Positions 39,119-49,320 are shown, numbered from the stretch's first letter. The stretch is DNA of 64,000 bases from Candidatus Cloacimonadota bacterium (GCA_963676615.1 OY781092.1:960001-1024000); one strand, 5' to 3'. Notes: generated from the letters alone by a model not told the origin. Translations and numbers: made by a program.

Positions 39119-40867
39119 TTACTCTTGTTTGCCCGATAGTTTGTTGCGTTTTTTGTAGTGCGTATGCAAATATTGGTGAGATTTGTGCGAGAGCGGCTCG
39201 CCCAAAAACTCTTTGTAAATTTTGGTAATCATCGGGTTGGTGTGCGAAGCCCTAAACTGGCAATCTTTGTCCTCTTTGTAGAGCGATTCGCCGCGTCTGG
39301 CACGGTCGGCAATGCTAGAGCCATACGGCTGTCCGCCGCCACCAACGCATCCGCCAGGGCACGCCATTATCTCGATAAAGTGGTAAGATTTTTTACCCGA
39401 CTGCACATCTTCGAGCAGCTTTTTGGCGTTGCCAAGCCCGTGCACCACAGCCACATTCACCGTCAAAGTCGTCGAACTGTCTTTCAGCGGAATGTCCAAA
39501 CTCGCTTCCTTAATTCCTTGCATTCCGCGCACAGCTTCCACCTCCATCTTGCCCAGCTCTTTGCCCGATAAAATTGCATAAGCTGTGCGAATTGCCGCTT
39601 CCATCACTCCACCTGTCGCACCAAAAATCGTCCCCGCACCTGTGTATTGTCCCATAAGCTGGTCGGCTTCCTCTTCTGGCAAATTTTTGAAATCCAAATT
39701 TGCCGCCTTTATCATCTTTACAAACTCCCGCACAGTCAGCACACAATCGACATCCTGATAGCCAGAAGCGTTCATCTCGGGGCGCTTTGCCTCAAATTTT
39801 TTGGCTGTGCAAGGCATAATCGACACGCTGACAATATCTTTGGGGTCGATTTTCTCTTGCTCGGCAAAATAGGTCTTCACCATCGCGCCGAACATCTGTT
39901 GCGGCGATTTGCAAGTAGAAACATTATCGAGCAAATCTGGGAAATAGGTCTCCACAAACTTCACCCAGCCAGGCGAACAAGAGGTGATAAGCGGTAAAGT
40001 TCCGCCCTCTTTTATCCGCTGAATAAGCTCCGAGCCCTCTTCCATTATCGTCAAATCCGCAGCAAAGTTCGTATCGAAAACGCGGTCAAATCCCAGACGA
40101 CGCAAAGCGGCATACATTTTGCCAACCGTCACTTTCGTCGGATCCATTCCAAACTCTTCGCCAAGAGCAGCCCGAACCGACGGCGCCTCTTGCACCACCA
40201 CAATTTTGCTCGGGTCGAACAAAGCGTCTTGCACCTGCTCAATCTCACTCTTTTCCTTGAGCGCGCCCACAGGACAATACACCGTGCACTGCCCGCAGTT
40301 CACGCAAGGACTATCGGCAAGGCTCGTATCAAACGCCGCAGTCACCTTGCTGGCAAAGCCACGACCGCTCACACAAAGAGCGTGAACTTTTTGAATATCG
40401 TTACACACCGTGATGCAACGCCCGCAATGGATGCACTTGTTGGTATCTTTCACAATCGAAGGCCCCAAATTATCCACCTTCGCCCGCTCGAAAATCGGCT
40501 CGTAATCCGACTCGGGAATGTCCAAATAGTTGATCAGCTCCTGCAACTCGCATTTGCCGTTTTGGTCGCAAGTCGGGCATTTCACATCGTGTTCCAACAA
40601 AATCAAAGACAAGAGCTCTTTGCGAAGTTTGCGAATTTCTGGCGAATCGGTAACTATCGACATTCCGTCTGCCACAGGCGTAACACACGCCCGCTTTAGC
40701 GGACCCACACCCTCTATCTTCACCACACAAACTCCACAATTTCCAGTAGGAGTCAAATCTTTGTGATAACACAAACTCGGGATGTAATGTCCGCTCTGCT
40801 CAGCCGCTTCCATAATGGTCTGACCAGCCTTAGCCTCTACCGTTTTTCCGTTTATCGTTATTTGCAT
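39119..40867 (-). CDS. hydA: Multimeric (group A3-type) [FeFe]-hydrogenase catalytic subunit
   Basis: H-cluster motifs TSCSPGW, MPCTAKKFE, EIMACPGGCVGGGGQP; N-terminal [2Fe-2S], His-ligated and 2x[4Fe-4S] motifs. Confidence 0.96.
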   Translation of the reverse strand: MQITINGKTVEAKAGQTIMEAAEQSGHYIPSLCYHKDLTPTGNCGVCVVKIEGVGPLKRACVTPVADGMSIVTDSPEIRKLRKELLSLILLEHDVKCPTCDQNGKCELQELINYLDIPESDYEPIFERAKVDNLGPSIVKDTNKCIHCGRCITVCNDIQKVHALCVSGRGFASKVTAAFDTSLADSPCVNCGQCTVYCPVGALKEKSEIEQVQDALFDPSKIVVVQEAPSVRAALGEEFGMDPTKVTVGKMYAALRRLGFDRVFDTNFAADLTIMEEGSELIQRIKEGGTLPLITSCSPGWVKFVETYFPDLLDNVSTCKSPQQMFGAMVKTYFAEQEKIDPKDIVSVSIMPCTAKKFEAKRPEMNASGYQDVDCVLTVREFVKMIKAANLDFKNLPEEEADQLMGQYTGAGTIFGATGGVMEAAIRTAYAILSGKELGKMEVEAVRGMQGIKEASLDIPLKDSSTTLTVNVAVVHGLGNAKKLLEDVQSGKKSYHFIEIMACPGGCVGGGGQPYGSSIADRARRGESLYKEDKDCQFRASHTNPMITKIYKEFLGEPLSHKSHQYLHTHYKKRNKLSGKQE

Positions 40868-40871
40868 TTTC

Positions 40872-42422
40872 TTACTCTCCTATAAACTTTTCAAATTCAT
40901 CTCCAAAATATTTGACCATACTGCCAATGGGCATCGCAGGAGATTGTCCCAGTGCGCAAAAAGAGGTTTTTTGCATCAAGCTGGAAACTTCGTCCAACCT
41001 TTTCACATCAGCGCGGCAGCCTTCTCCAGCCAATATTTTGTCTATCAAACCAACCAAAACTTTGCAACCAATCCGACAAGAGCTACATTTTCCACAAGAT
41101 TCGTGCAAAAAGAAGTTCAAAATAGAACGCAAAACTTTGAGCATATTTGCTTTTTCGCTCATAATCAAAATCGCCCCAGAGCCAAGCACCGCAGACTCTT
41201 TGGACAGATTTTCAAAATCGAGCTTAATCTGCAGAAGCTCCTTTGGCAAAAACATTCCCGCAGCTCCGCCAACCAAAGCGGCTTTGAACTTCTTGTCCTC
41301 TTTGAGTCCGCCGCCGTATTTAAAGATAATCTCCGACAAAGTCGTGCCCATAGGCACCTCTATCAAGCCGGGACTGTTCACATCGCCCAAAATCGTGTAA
41401 ACCTTTGTTCCGCAAGAGCCAGGCGTGCCAATCTCGGCAAACTTCGCTCCGCCATTTTCCACAATCTCTGGCAAATTGGAGAGCGTCTCGACATTGTTAA
41501 CCACCGTCGGTTTGCCCCAAAGTCCGCTCACGCCAGGATAAGGAGGCTTCGAGCGAGGATTACCTCTGCCGCCCTCCAGCGAATTCAAAAGCGCCGTCTC
41601 CTCACCGCAAACATAAGCACCAGCGCCAACTTTGACCATCACATCAAAATCGAAACCGCTACCCAAAATATCTTTGCCCAAAAGCCCATACTCTCTGGCT
41701 TGCGCAATCGCTTTTTTGAGCCGATTAATGCAAAGCTTATACTCGCCACGAATGTAGATAAATCCAGTGTCCGCGCCAGCCACAAAACCCGCTATCATCA
41801 TTCCCTCGAGCAGCTTGTGCGGGTCGCCTTCCATAATCAGCCGATCCTTAAAAGTTCCCGCTTCGCCCTCGTCGGCGTTCACGACGATATACTTGTGCTT
41901 TTCGTCCAATTTGGCAGTCAGCTCCAGCTTCATTCCCGTGGGAAATCCAGCACCGCCACGACCACGCAAATTGGAAGTTTTAATCTCTCGCAAAACCTCG
42001 TCTCTGCCCAGCTGCAAAGCTTTTCCCAAAGCTTGATAACCGTCCACGGCGATATACTCGTCGATAGATTCTGGGTCAATTTTGCCCGAATTTTTAAGCA
42101 CAATTCGGTGTGAAAAAGCAAAATCAACCTCTTGTTTGGCTGGCTGACTCAAACTTTTCACAGGTCGCCCTTTAAGGAAATGTTCCAAAACAATCTGCGG
42201 AACATCCTCCACGGTGATATTGTGATACAAAAGATTATCGGGATAAACCAGAAAATGCACGCCTTTGGACACATAGCCCAGCGTCCCTGTCTCCAGCACA
42301 CCGACCTCTTTCTCCAAACCGTTTTTCGCCAGCTCGTCGCGCATAGCCTGAATGACCGCCTTGACGCCCTTGTCCAGAGTGTGATCGTCAACTACAAAAA
42401 GAATGTGAGTTCTATAAAACAT
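40872..42422 (-). CDS. NuoF-like diaphorase subunit, short form (HydB copy 2)
   Basis: LRGRGGAGFP, NADEGEAGTFKDR, GAYVCGEET, ESCGKCSSCR; ends without a C-terminal 2[4Fe-4S] domain. Confidence 0.92.
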   Translation of the reverse strand: MFYRTHILFVVDDHTLDKGVKAVIQAMRDELAKNGLEKEVGVLETGTLGYVSKGVHFLVYPDNLLYHNITVEDVPQIVLEHFLKGRPVKSLSQPAKQEVDFAFSHRIVLKNSGKIDPESIDEYIAVDGYQALGKALQLGRDEVLREIKTSNLRGRGGAGFPTGMKLELTAKLDEKHKYIVVNADEGEAGTFKDRLIMEGDPHKLLEGMMIAGFVAGADTGFIYIRGEYKLCINRLKKAIAQAREYGLLGKDILGSGFDFDVMVKVGAGAYVCGEETALLNSLEGGRGNPRSKPPYPGVSGLWGKPTVVNNVETLSNLPEIVENGGAKFAEIGTPGSCGTKVYTILGDVNSPGLIEVPMGTTLSEIIFKYGGGLKEDKKFKAALVGGAAGMFLPKELLQIKLDFENLSKESAVLGSGAILIMSEKANMLKVLRSILNFFLHESCGKCSSCRIGCKVLVGLIDKILAGEGCRADVKRLDEVSSLMQKTSFCALGQSPAMPIGSMVKYFGDEFEKFIGE

Positions 42423-42852
42423 TTTCACCTCCCTGCAGATTTTTGAGCAACCCCTCCAGCTTCTCTTGGGTCATATTTCCGTAAACTTTATCGTTGACCA
42501 GCACCACAGGAGCGTTACCACACACGCCCAGACACTGACAAGCTTCCAAAGTCACATCGTTCATTTTTTTGGTCTTTTTTTTCAGATAATCAAGCAAATT
42601 GTCCGAGCCCTGCACAACGCAATGAGGCGACTGACACACCTTGATTACAAACTTTCCTCTGGATTCAAGCGCAAACATCGAATAAAAACTCGCCACAGAA
42701 TACACCTGATTATAAGGCATCTTCAAATAATGTGCCACCTCTTTCAGAGCATCAACGCTCAGATGCTGCGTAGGGCTAGCGTCCTGAGCTATATGCAAAA
42801 TCTGCAAAATATTCTCAGGCTTTGGTGGATATTTCGTAAAATCTGTCAACAC
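42412..42852 (-). CDS. NuoE-like [2Fe-2S] subunit (HydC copy 2)
   Basis: SFYSMF, CQSPHC, CLGVC..AP. Confidence 0.9.
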   Translation of the reverse strand: MLTDFTKYPPKPENILQILHIAQDASPTQHLSVDALKEVAHYLKMPYNQVYSVASFYSMFALESRGKFVIKVCQSPHCVVQGSDNLLDYLKKKTKKMNDVTLEACQCLGVCGNAPVVLVNDKVYGNMTQEKLEGLLKNLQGGENVL

Positions 42853-42883
42853 AACCTCCTTTTAGTTTCCACAACTTTCAACA

Positions 42884-44709
42884 TTACAATTCTTCACTAA
42901 CTTCGCCTTGCCCAGGCAACTTTTTGATCGCTCCCACAGGGCAAACCTCCATACAATTTCCGCACTTAACACAATCCGCCTGCGAAATCTCAAACTTCTC
43001 CTGGCGACTGCCGTGAATGCTGCTAACTGGGCACTTCTTCGCGCAAAGCGAGCAGCCCACACACTTGTCCTTATTTATCTGAAAATGCAAAAGATCAGGA
43101 CAAACAAGCGCAGAACATTTTTTCTCATTTATATGCTCTTCATACTCGTTTCGGAAATGTTTAATCGTTGACAACACTGGATTTGGCGCGGTCTGTCCCA
43201 AGCCGCACAAAGCGGTTTTCTTGATCACATTGCCCATTCGCTCCAGCTCTTGCAAATCTTCCATTGTCCCCTTTCCAGAAGTGATTTTTTCCAAAATATT
43301 GTGCAAATGCCGAAGTCCAATACGACACGGCGAACACTTGCCGCACGACTCTTCCATCGTAAATTCCAAGAAAAATTTGGCAACATTCACCATACATTTG
43401 CTATCGTTCATCACAATCACGCCGCCAGAGCCCATCATCGCGCCCTCGGCAATCAGCGAATCGTAATCGATAGGCACATTCCAATGCTCTTTGGTCAGAC
43501 AGCCGCCAGAAGGTCCGCCCAGCTGCACAGCCTTAAACTCGCCGCTGCTCATACCTCCGCCAACTTTATCGATAAGCTCGCCAATCGTCACGCCCATCGG
43601 CACTTCCACAAGCCCCGTATTTTTCACATCGCCCGTCAGCGCAAAAACTTTCGTGCCTTTGCTTTTTTCGGTGCCCATCGCCGCAAACCACTTGCCACCT
43701 TTTTCGATAATCGGCGGCACATTCGCCAAAGTCTCTACATTATTGATGTTCGTCGGCTTGTCCCAAAGTCCGCTAATAGCAGGAAACGGCGGTTTCGACC
43801 TCGGATGCCCTCTTCTTCCTTGAATCGACGAAATCAGAGCGGTCTCCTCTCCGCAAACAAAAGCGCCCGCTCCTGTGCGCACCTCCATATCAAAGCTAAA
43901 GCCACTGCCCAAAATATTCTCGCCCAGAAGCCCATACTCACGAGCCTTCTCAATCGCTAGCTTCACCCGCTCAATCGCCAGGGGATACTCCGCGCGGATA
44001 TAAAAAAAGCCCTTCGTCGCTCCAATGGCATACGCGGCTATCATCATCCCCTCCAGCACCTTGTGCGGATCGCCCTCCAAAACAGACCGATCCATAAAAG
44101 CGCCTGGGTCTCCCTCATCTCCGTTACAAATCAAATACTTAACGCCGTCATCGCTCTTGGCTTTTCGGGCAAATGTCCACTTCAAAAAAGTCGGGAAACC
44201 GCCACCGCCACGACCACGCAAGCCAGAAATCTCAATCTCCTTAATCACATCCTCGGGGCTCATCGACTCCAGCACCTTCGCCAGCGAGCCGTAGCCGTCA
44301 ACAGCCACATACTCTTCCAGCGACTCCGGATCGATATAACCGCAATACTCCAGCGCAACTTCGTCTGACTCTTGTAAAACGGCACATCCTCCACATTCCG
44401 CACAACATTCTCGGCAGCCGAGCCGTCCCTCATCAAAAGCCGCTCAACCACGCGCCCTTTAACAAAATGCTCCTCGACAACCTCTTTCATATCCTCAGGT
44501 TTGAGCTGCTTATAAAAAACGCCCTCGGGATAAATCAGCATCAAAGGTCCAAAATCGCAAGGTCCCATACAGCCAGTCTCGATGATGTTAACCTCGCTCT
44601 CAATCCCAAACTCCCGCACCTGTTTTTGCAGCTCTTGCTTTATCTTTTTGGCTCCAGCAGAAACACAACCCGAGCCAAAACACAGCAAAACATCGATTCT
44701 CTTTAACAT
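42884..44709 (-). CDS. hydB: NuoF-like diaphorase subunit, long form (HydB/HndC copy 1), with one frameshift near 44360
   Basis: ORFs 44260..44709 and 42884..44308 join if one base is added at CAG ACG AA^GTT GCG CTG GAG TAT TGC; EGDPGAFMDR, GGPSGG, C-terminal 2[4Fe-4S]. Confidence 0.88.
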
Positions 44710-44720
44710 CCTAACCTTCT

Positions 44721-45074
44721 CTAGATTAAAAATTCGCTAATAACATTGCCGTTAACAATATGCTCGCTCACCACTCTTTTCGCCTTCTCGGCGCTCATCT
44801 GACAATAAGTCACGCTCTTGCCATCCTTCTGCATCACATCCACCACAGGCTCCATACTCGACGCCCCTTTCTCTCCGCTCTGGGTAACGACGACGCCCGA
44901 AATATCTCGTTTGGAAATCTCATCCAAAAACGCCCGCATCACCTCTCGTGCGCCCATAGCAATTCCCGAAGTCCCCATTCCAACGACAATCTTGTATTTG
45001 TAGTCCGAATTTCGCAAGTTCATCTTTTTTTGAACTTCTTCCTTTAACTTTTTCAAATCAGCTAACGATTTCAT
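44721..45074 (-). CDS. Thioredoxin-like ferredoxin-fold subunit (HydD/HndB-like)
   Basis: KSLADLKKLKE, IVVGMGT.GIA.GAREV, EPVV, EHIVNG. Confidence 0.85.
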   Translation of the reverse strand: MKSLADLKKLKEEVQKKMNLRNSDYKYKIVVGMGTSGIAMGAREVMRAFLDEISKRDISGVVVTQSGEKGASSMEPVVDVMQKDGKSVTYCQMSAEKAKRVVSEHIVNGNVISEFLI

Positions 45075-45616
45075 CTATCCTCCAATTTTCCAATCTGCTG
45101 GCAAAGAATCTCTTCCATAAAATTTCTTATCTCTGGCTGATCCAAAGGCACGCCATCTAGCTCCTTCTTCACCAGCCGAGTATCAAAACAATCTTTTTCT
45201 CCATTCACACTGCTACGCAAAACAAAATCAACTTTTGGATGCGCCACAATGCAGGTAACCATCGTCAAGGCGACATCGCCAAGCGGCAAAGCGTCGATGC
45301 TGGAAACCACAAAACTCGCCTTCAAAATAGTGCCTTTGCCCAGCTCGGACTGCAAATCAAAACTACCGCCCGACAAAGTGGCACTCTGGGCAAACAGCGG
45401 AATGCCCAAACCGACCTTCTTTTTGCGAAACGCCTTGCTCGTATAAAAAGGGTCAACCGCCGCCTTCAGCGTCTGCTCGTCCATCCCTTTGCCATTATCC
45501 TCCACGCTCAAACTCAAAACATCCTCTTTGCGCGAAAAACAACACTCAATCAAAGTAGCACCAGCACTCACCGAATTTTGGAGAATATCTAAAAGGTGTA
45601 AAGATATATCTTCCAT
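45071..45616 (-). CDS. Stand-alone HATPase_c (histidine kinase-like) protein of hyd operons
   Basis: DISLHLLDILQNS, DNGKGM, DPFYTS, GLGIPL. Confidence 0.88.
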   Translation of the reverse strand: MEDISLHLLDILQNSVSAGATLIECCFSRKEDVLSLSVEDNGKGMDEQTLKAAVDPFYTSKAFRKKKVGLGIPLFAQSATLSGGSFDLQSELGKGTILKASFVVSSIDALPLGDVALTMVTCIVAHPKVDFVLRSSVNGEKDCFDTRLVKKELDGVPLDQPEIRNFMEEILCQQIGKLEDR

Positions 45617-45649
45617 AAATTTGCGACTCCCTTATCTGCTCACCAAAAA

Positions 45650-46126
45650 CTAATACTTACTCAAAATCTCTTTAATCTGCCCTTTAGAAGCAATTTTACC
45701 ATAAGTATCTTCGCCGATAACCACCACTGGCGCAAGCGAACACGCACCCACGCAGCGCACCGACGACAGCGAGAACTTGCCATCCTGAGTCGTTTGCCCA
45801 AGGCTCACGCCAAGCTCCTGCTCAAACATCTTAATCACATTCGCAGCGCCCTTCACATAACACGCAGTTCCCGTGCAAATATTGATAACGACCTCGCCGC
45901 GCGGCTTCATCGAAAAGAAATTATAAAAAGTCACCACGCCGTAGATTTTGTTCACAGGCAAATCCATCTGCTCGGCAACAAACGCCTGCACCTCTTTCGG
46001 CAAATAGCCAAACAACCTTTGCGCCTCACGCAAAACCTCGATCAAAGGGTCTCTCAGACCTTTTTTCTCTTGGATAATCTCCTTCAGCTCCGCATAAAGT
46101 TTATTCTCACACTTCTCCACATTCAC
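45650..46126 (-). CDS. hydC: NuoE-like [2Fe-2S] subunit (HydC/HndA copy 1)
   Basis: FGYLP, VVTFYNFF, CTGTACYVKG, RCVGACSLAP. Confidence 0.92.
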   Translation of the reverse strand: MNVEKCENKLYAELKEIIQEKKGLRDPLIEVLREAQRLFGYLPKEVQAFVAEQMDLPVNKIYGVVTFYNFFSMKPRGEVVINICTGTACYVKGAANVIKMFEQELGVSLGQTTQDGKFSLSSVRCVGACSLAPVVVIGEDTYGKIASKGQIKEILSKY

Positions 46127-46133
46127 CCCCTAC

Positions 46134-46847
46134 TTAAATCGTTTTTGTCTCAAACTCATTTTTTTGTAAAGCTATTTTTAAACTTTCAAAATTCAGCTCG
46201 TCCAGACTATACTCCGTATATCTTTTCCCAAAATCTTTTCGATAATGAGCGTCGGAATTTCGCACCAGCGGCAACCCGTATTTTTCCCATGGCGCAAAAT
46301 CTCCCACAACCTCCAGCGCATCAAAATCCACATCCTGCGGCAAAAATCCCAGCTGCGACTTTGTGCTAAAGCTATCGGCGTCCACATGCGAGGCGACCAA
46401 AAAGCCGCCATACTGCGCAACTTTGGCAGAAGTCGTCTGCAAATCCCAGCTCACCGAATTCAGCAAAAGCTTGCCCTCAAACCCAAGCACCATCTCGTTT
46501 TCGTCGATAAGCACCTGATCGCCAAAAAAACCTTTGCGATTTTGAATGTCAGGCAGCGCCCGATACAGCTCCGCATCAAAAGCCGCCGCAGTCTTGCAGT
46601 CGGGAAAATACGCCAAAAGGTGCACCTCCAAACTGGTTTGAATCTCCACGCCGTAAATAAAATGGATGCCAAATTTTTGGGCAATACTCGCATAAGCCAA
46701 AGAGTTCGCCAGACTATTATGCTCCGTGATAGAGAGCATCCCAAAGCCCAAATCTCTGGCTTTTTCAAACAAAAGCGAGGGCGACATCGAATAATCGCCA
46801 CACGGCGACAAAACAGAATGCAAATGCAAATCGGCCTTGCAAACCAT
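46134..46847 (-). CDS. PHP-domain phosphoesterase
   Basis: DLHLHS.LSPC, ITEHN, GVEI, NSDAH. Confidence 0.9.
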   Translation of the reverse strand: MVCKADLHLHSVLSPCGDYSMSPSLLFEKARDLGFGMLSITEHNSLANSLAYASIAQKFGIHFIYGVEIQTSLEVHLLAYFPDCKTAAAFDAELYRALPDIQNRKGFFGDQVLIDENEMVLGFEGKLLLNSVSWDLQTTSAKVAQYGGFLVASHVDADSFSTKSQLGFLPQDVDFDALEVVGDFAPWEKYGLPLVRNSDAHYRKDFGKRYTEYSLDELNFESLKIALQKNEFETKTI

Positions 46848-48467
46848 CTATTGCACCGCCACCAACTTATACAAAATCCCCGAAATCTGAAAAGAGTTAT
46901 AAGGACTGCTCACAAGCACAATCCCCTCTTCGTTTGCCTTCTCAATCACCTCTGGCGTCGGCATCTTATTCTTGGCAAAAATTATCGCATCAATCTCCAA
47001 GAGCGACGCCACAGCAATCGAATTTTGATGCTGCATAATCGTCACCCACACTTGGCTATCGCCAGCCGAAGCCATCACATCCGAAAGCAAATCGCCCGCA
47101 TAAACGCTGCTAACTCTCACGCTCGACAAATCTTTCTCCTTCGTCAAAAGTTTGCCGCCAATATACTCAATCAACTTCGCCAAAGACATCTCTTTTTTCT
47201 CCTGCAAATTAAAAACACAATCCGAAAACTTCGCCTTTCCACTCACAATCTCCTTCGCCAAAACCTCGCAAGTCGGACACCCGCAAATCCCGCAATTTTT
47301 ACCCGGCAAAAGCTTTTTAATGTCCTCATACTTTTTCATTTTGGCGATTTTTTCTTTAATCGACAAATTATCCACCTCGCGCGGCACAGGCGTAATCTCA
47401 TTTTTTATCTCGAACTCTTTGTTTTTGAACAACTTATAAAAAAGCTCTTTGTCGATTTTTTCGAACTTCACATCCGAAGAAGCGATACGATTTGCCGCAA
47501 TAAACGGATTTTCCACATTCAAATCTCCGCCGACACAACCGTTGGTGCAACTGCGCAGCACCACATAATCGTAATAATCCAGCTGACCGCCCTCGATTTT
47601 GGACAAAATATCTTTCGCACCCTTAAAACCGCTAACCGCCAAAGTCTTAAAATTGCTCTCCTTCACCTGATTGCCCTCGGAAATATAAATCCCCCAATTC
47701 TCGTGATTTATAACGCCACCCGAGTTTTGCACATCCTTTTTCTCGTCCTGCTTCTGATTATAACAAATATTCATAATCCGATTGTAAACATCGCGCATCG
47801 CCAAAGCGCCGTCCTGAAAAGATTTATCTTGCCCAACAGGATTTTTGAAAGCGGTAATTTGCGACGAACACGGAGCCACCGAAAAAATTCCAATCTCGTC
47901 TGGCTTGAACCCTTTTTTTTCTGCCAAATAGTGCCGATAGTAGGCGCTCAAAATCGCCACAGAAGACTCCAGCGGCACAATATGCTCCAGCAGCGACGGG
48001 TACTTAACCCTTATCAGCCGCACAATCGCAGGACAATTCGACGAAATCAAAGGGCGAATTTTGGCATCGTTCAACTTTTGCGCAAAAATCGGCGCCATCA
48101 CTCCAGTAATCATATTTTCATCGATCACCTTGTCGAAACCCAGCTGCAAAAGGGCGTCCGTCGCCACCGCATAATCGATTTTGGGCGGAAGCTGCCCGAT
48201 AAAAACATTCGACAAAAGCGCCACACGATATTTAAACCTAGAATCGTGCAAGAGCTCATCGAAATCGTCGTAAACGCTTTTGATGGCTCCCACAGGGCAA
48301 ATTTTGATGCACTGTCCGCAGCTGATGCACTTGTGCTGATACAGCTCGACCTTGCCGTCGCGGAGCCTGATGGCAGACACTGGGCAAACCCGAATACACC
48401 TCGTGCAACCGATGCACTTCTCCTTATCCTCCTGCACCGAGCCGCTAAAATTCACAATATTTTCCAT
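46848..48467 (-). CDS. Degenerate [FeFe]-hydrogenase-like regulatory Fe-S protein fused to C-terminal DRTGG domain
   Basis: 2[4Fe-4S] N-terminus, SSNCP, APC, CTNGCVGG, LPGKNCGICGCPTC, then YAGDLLSDVMA DRTGG domain. Confidence 0.85.
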   Translation of the reverse strand: MENIVNFSGSVQEDKEKCIGCTRCIRVCPVSAIRLRDGKVELYQHKCISCGQCIKICPVGAIKSVYDDFDELLHDSRFKYRVALLSNVFIGQLPPKIDYAVATDALLQLGFDKVIDENMITGVMAPIFAQKLNDAKIRPLISSNCPAIVRLIRVKYPSLLEHIVPLESSVAILSAYYRHYLAEKKGFKPDEIGIFSVAPCSSQITAFKNPVGQDKSFQDGALAMRDVYNRIMNICYNQKQDEKKDVQNSGGVINHENWGIYISEGNQVKESNFKTLAVSGFKGAKDILSKIEGGQLDYYDYVVLRSCTNGCVGGDLNVENPFIAANRIASSDVKFEKIDKELFYKLFKNKEFEIKNEITPVPREVDNLSIKEKIAKMKKYEDIKKLLPGKNCGICGCPTCEVLAKEIVSGKAKFSDCVFNLQEKKEMSLAKLIEYIGGKLLTKEKDLSSVRVSSVYAGDLLSDVMASAGDSQVWVTIMQHQNSIAVASLLEIDAIIFAKNKMPTPEVIEKANEEGIVLVSSPYNSFQISGILYKLVAVQ

Positions 48468-48482
48468 CTTCTACTTTTTTCC

Positions 48483-48962
48483 TTAAAAAAACACGACCAA
48501 ATCTAGCTCCGTATTTCCCGCAGAATAAAGCCTCATAATATCCACATTATCTTTGATATTCGGCAGTCCCATACCAGCACCAAAACCCATTGAACGCGCC
48601 AAATCGTCTGCCGTGGAATAGCCCGGCTGCATCGCTTTTTCGATATCGGCAATGCCAGGACCATTATCGACAAACCGCAGATGCACAAACTCTGGATAAA
48701 TTCCCACCAGCATCTTGCCACCCTTGGAATGCGCCACCACATTTATCTCCGCCTCATAGCTCGCCACAGCAAAACGCCGCAAAGAGCCCGTATCGATGCC
48801 CAAACTTTTCAGCTTCTTCTTAACTTTCGTCGTCGCTTTTCCCGATTCGACAAAATCTTTGGCTTTAATCTCAAAATCGAAATTTATCGCTGGCTTATCC
48901 AGCTCGTTCAAAAAAACTTCTGGCTCAACCTGTGCATCTTTGCTAAACTCAAAACTACTCAT
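48483..48962 (-). CDS. Anti-sigma-type Ser/Thr kinase (RsbT-like HATPase)
   Basis: YEAEINVVAHS, DNGPGI.DI, GYST, GFGAGMGLPN. Confidence 0.88.
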   Translation of the reverse strand: MSSFEFSKDAQVEPEVFLNELDKPAINFDFEIKAKDFVESGKATTKVKKKLKSLGIDTGSLRRFAVASYEAEINVVAHSKGGKMLVGIYPEFVHLRFVDNGPGIADIEKAMQPGYSTADDLARSMGFGAGMGLPNIKDNVDIMRLYSAGNTELDLVVFF

Positions 48963-49320
48963 CGATACTCACCTTTATCTCAAGAGGCGCAAGACCGCCC
49001 TTATACGAAAAAGCGCAAGCCTCAAAAAGCGACATCTTCGTGCACAAAACTGGCAAATCGTGATCTTCTGCCAGCTGCAAAATTTCCGCCGTCGGCTTCT
49101 TCCCTCGCACAAACACAACCGCTTGCATATCAACCATTTCCGCCACTCGAATAATCTGATGATTAACAAGCCCCGTAAAAAGCACCGCCGAATCTTTCAC
49201 GCACATCAAAATATCGCTAATCAAATCTGACGCCGCGCCGCAACTCACATCATAATCCAAATGCTTGGGCGAACTCAGCAACTTGCCGTCCACCAACTCT
49301 AAAAGTTCTTTCAATTTCAT
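48955..49320 (-). CDS. DRTGG-domain protein
   Basis: ASDLISDIL, TGL.N.Q..R.AEM, VFVRGKKP. Confidence 0.88.
   Translation of the reverse strand: MKLKELLELVDGKLLSSPKHLDYDVSCGAASDLISDILMCVKDSAVLFTGLVNHQIIRVAEMVDMQAVVFVRGKKPTAEILQLAEDHDLPVLCTKMSLFEACAFSYKGGLAPLEIKVSIDE

Noticed and set aside
46245..48506. Long plus-strand ORFs (753 aa here; also 1026..2534, 4035..5642, 60658..61953)
   Set aside because: They are antisense shadows of well-supported minus-strand genes, with no motifs of their own.
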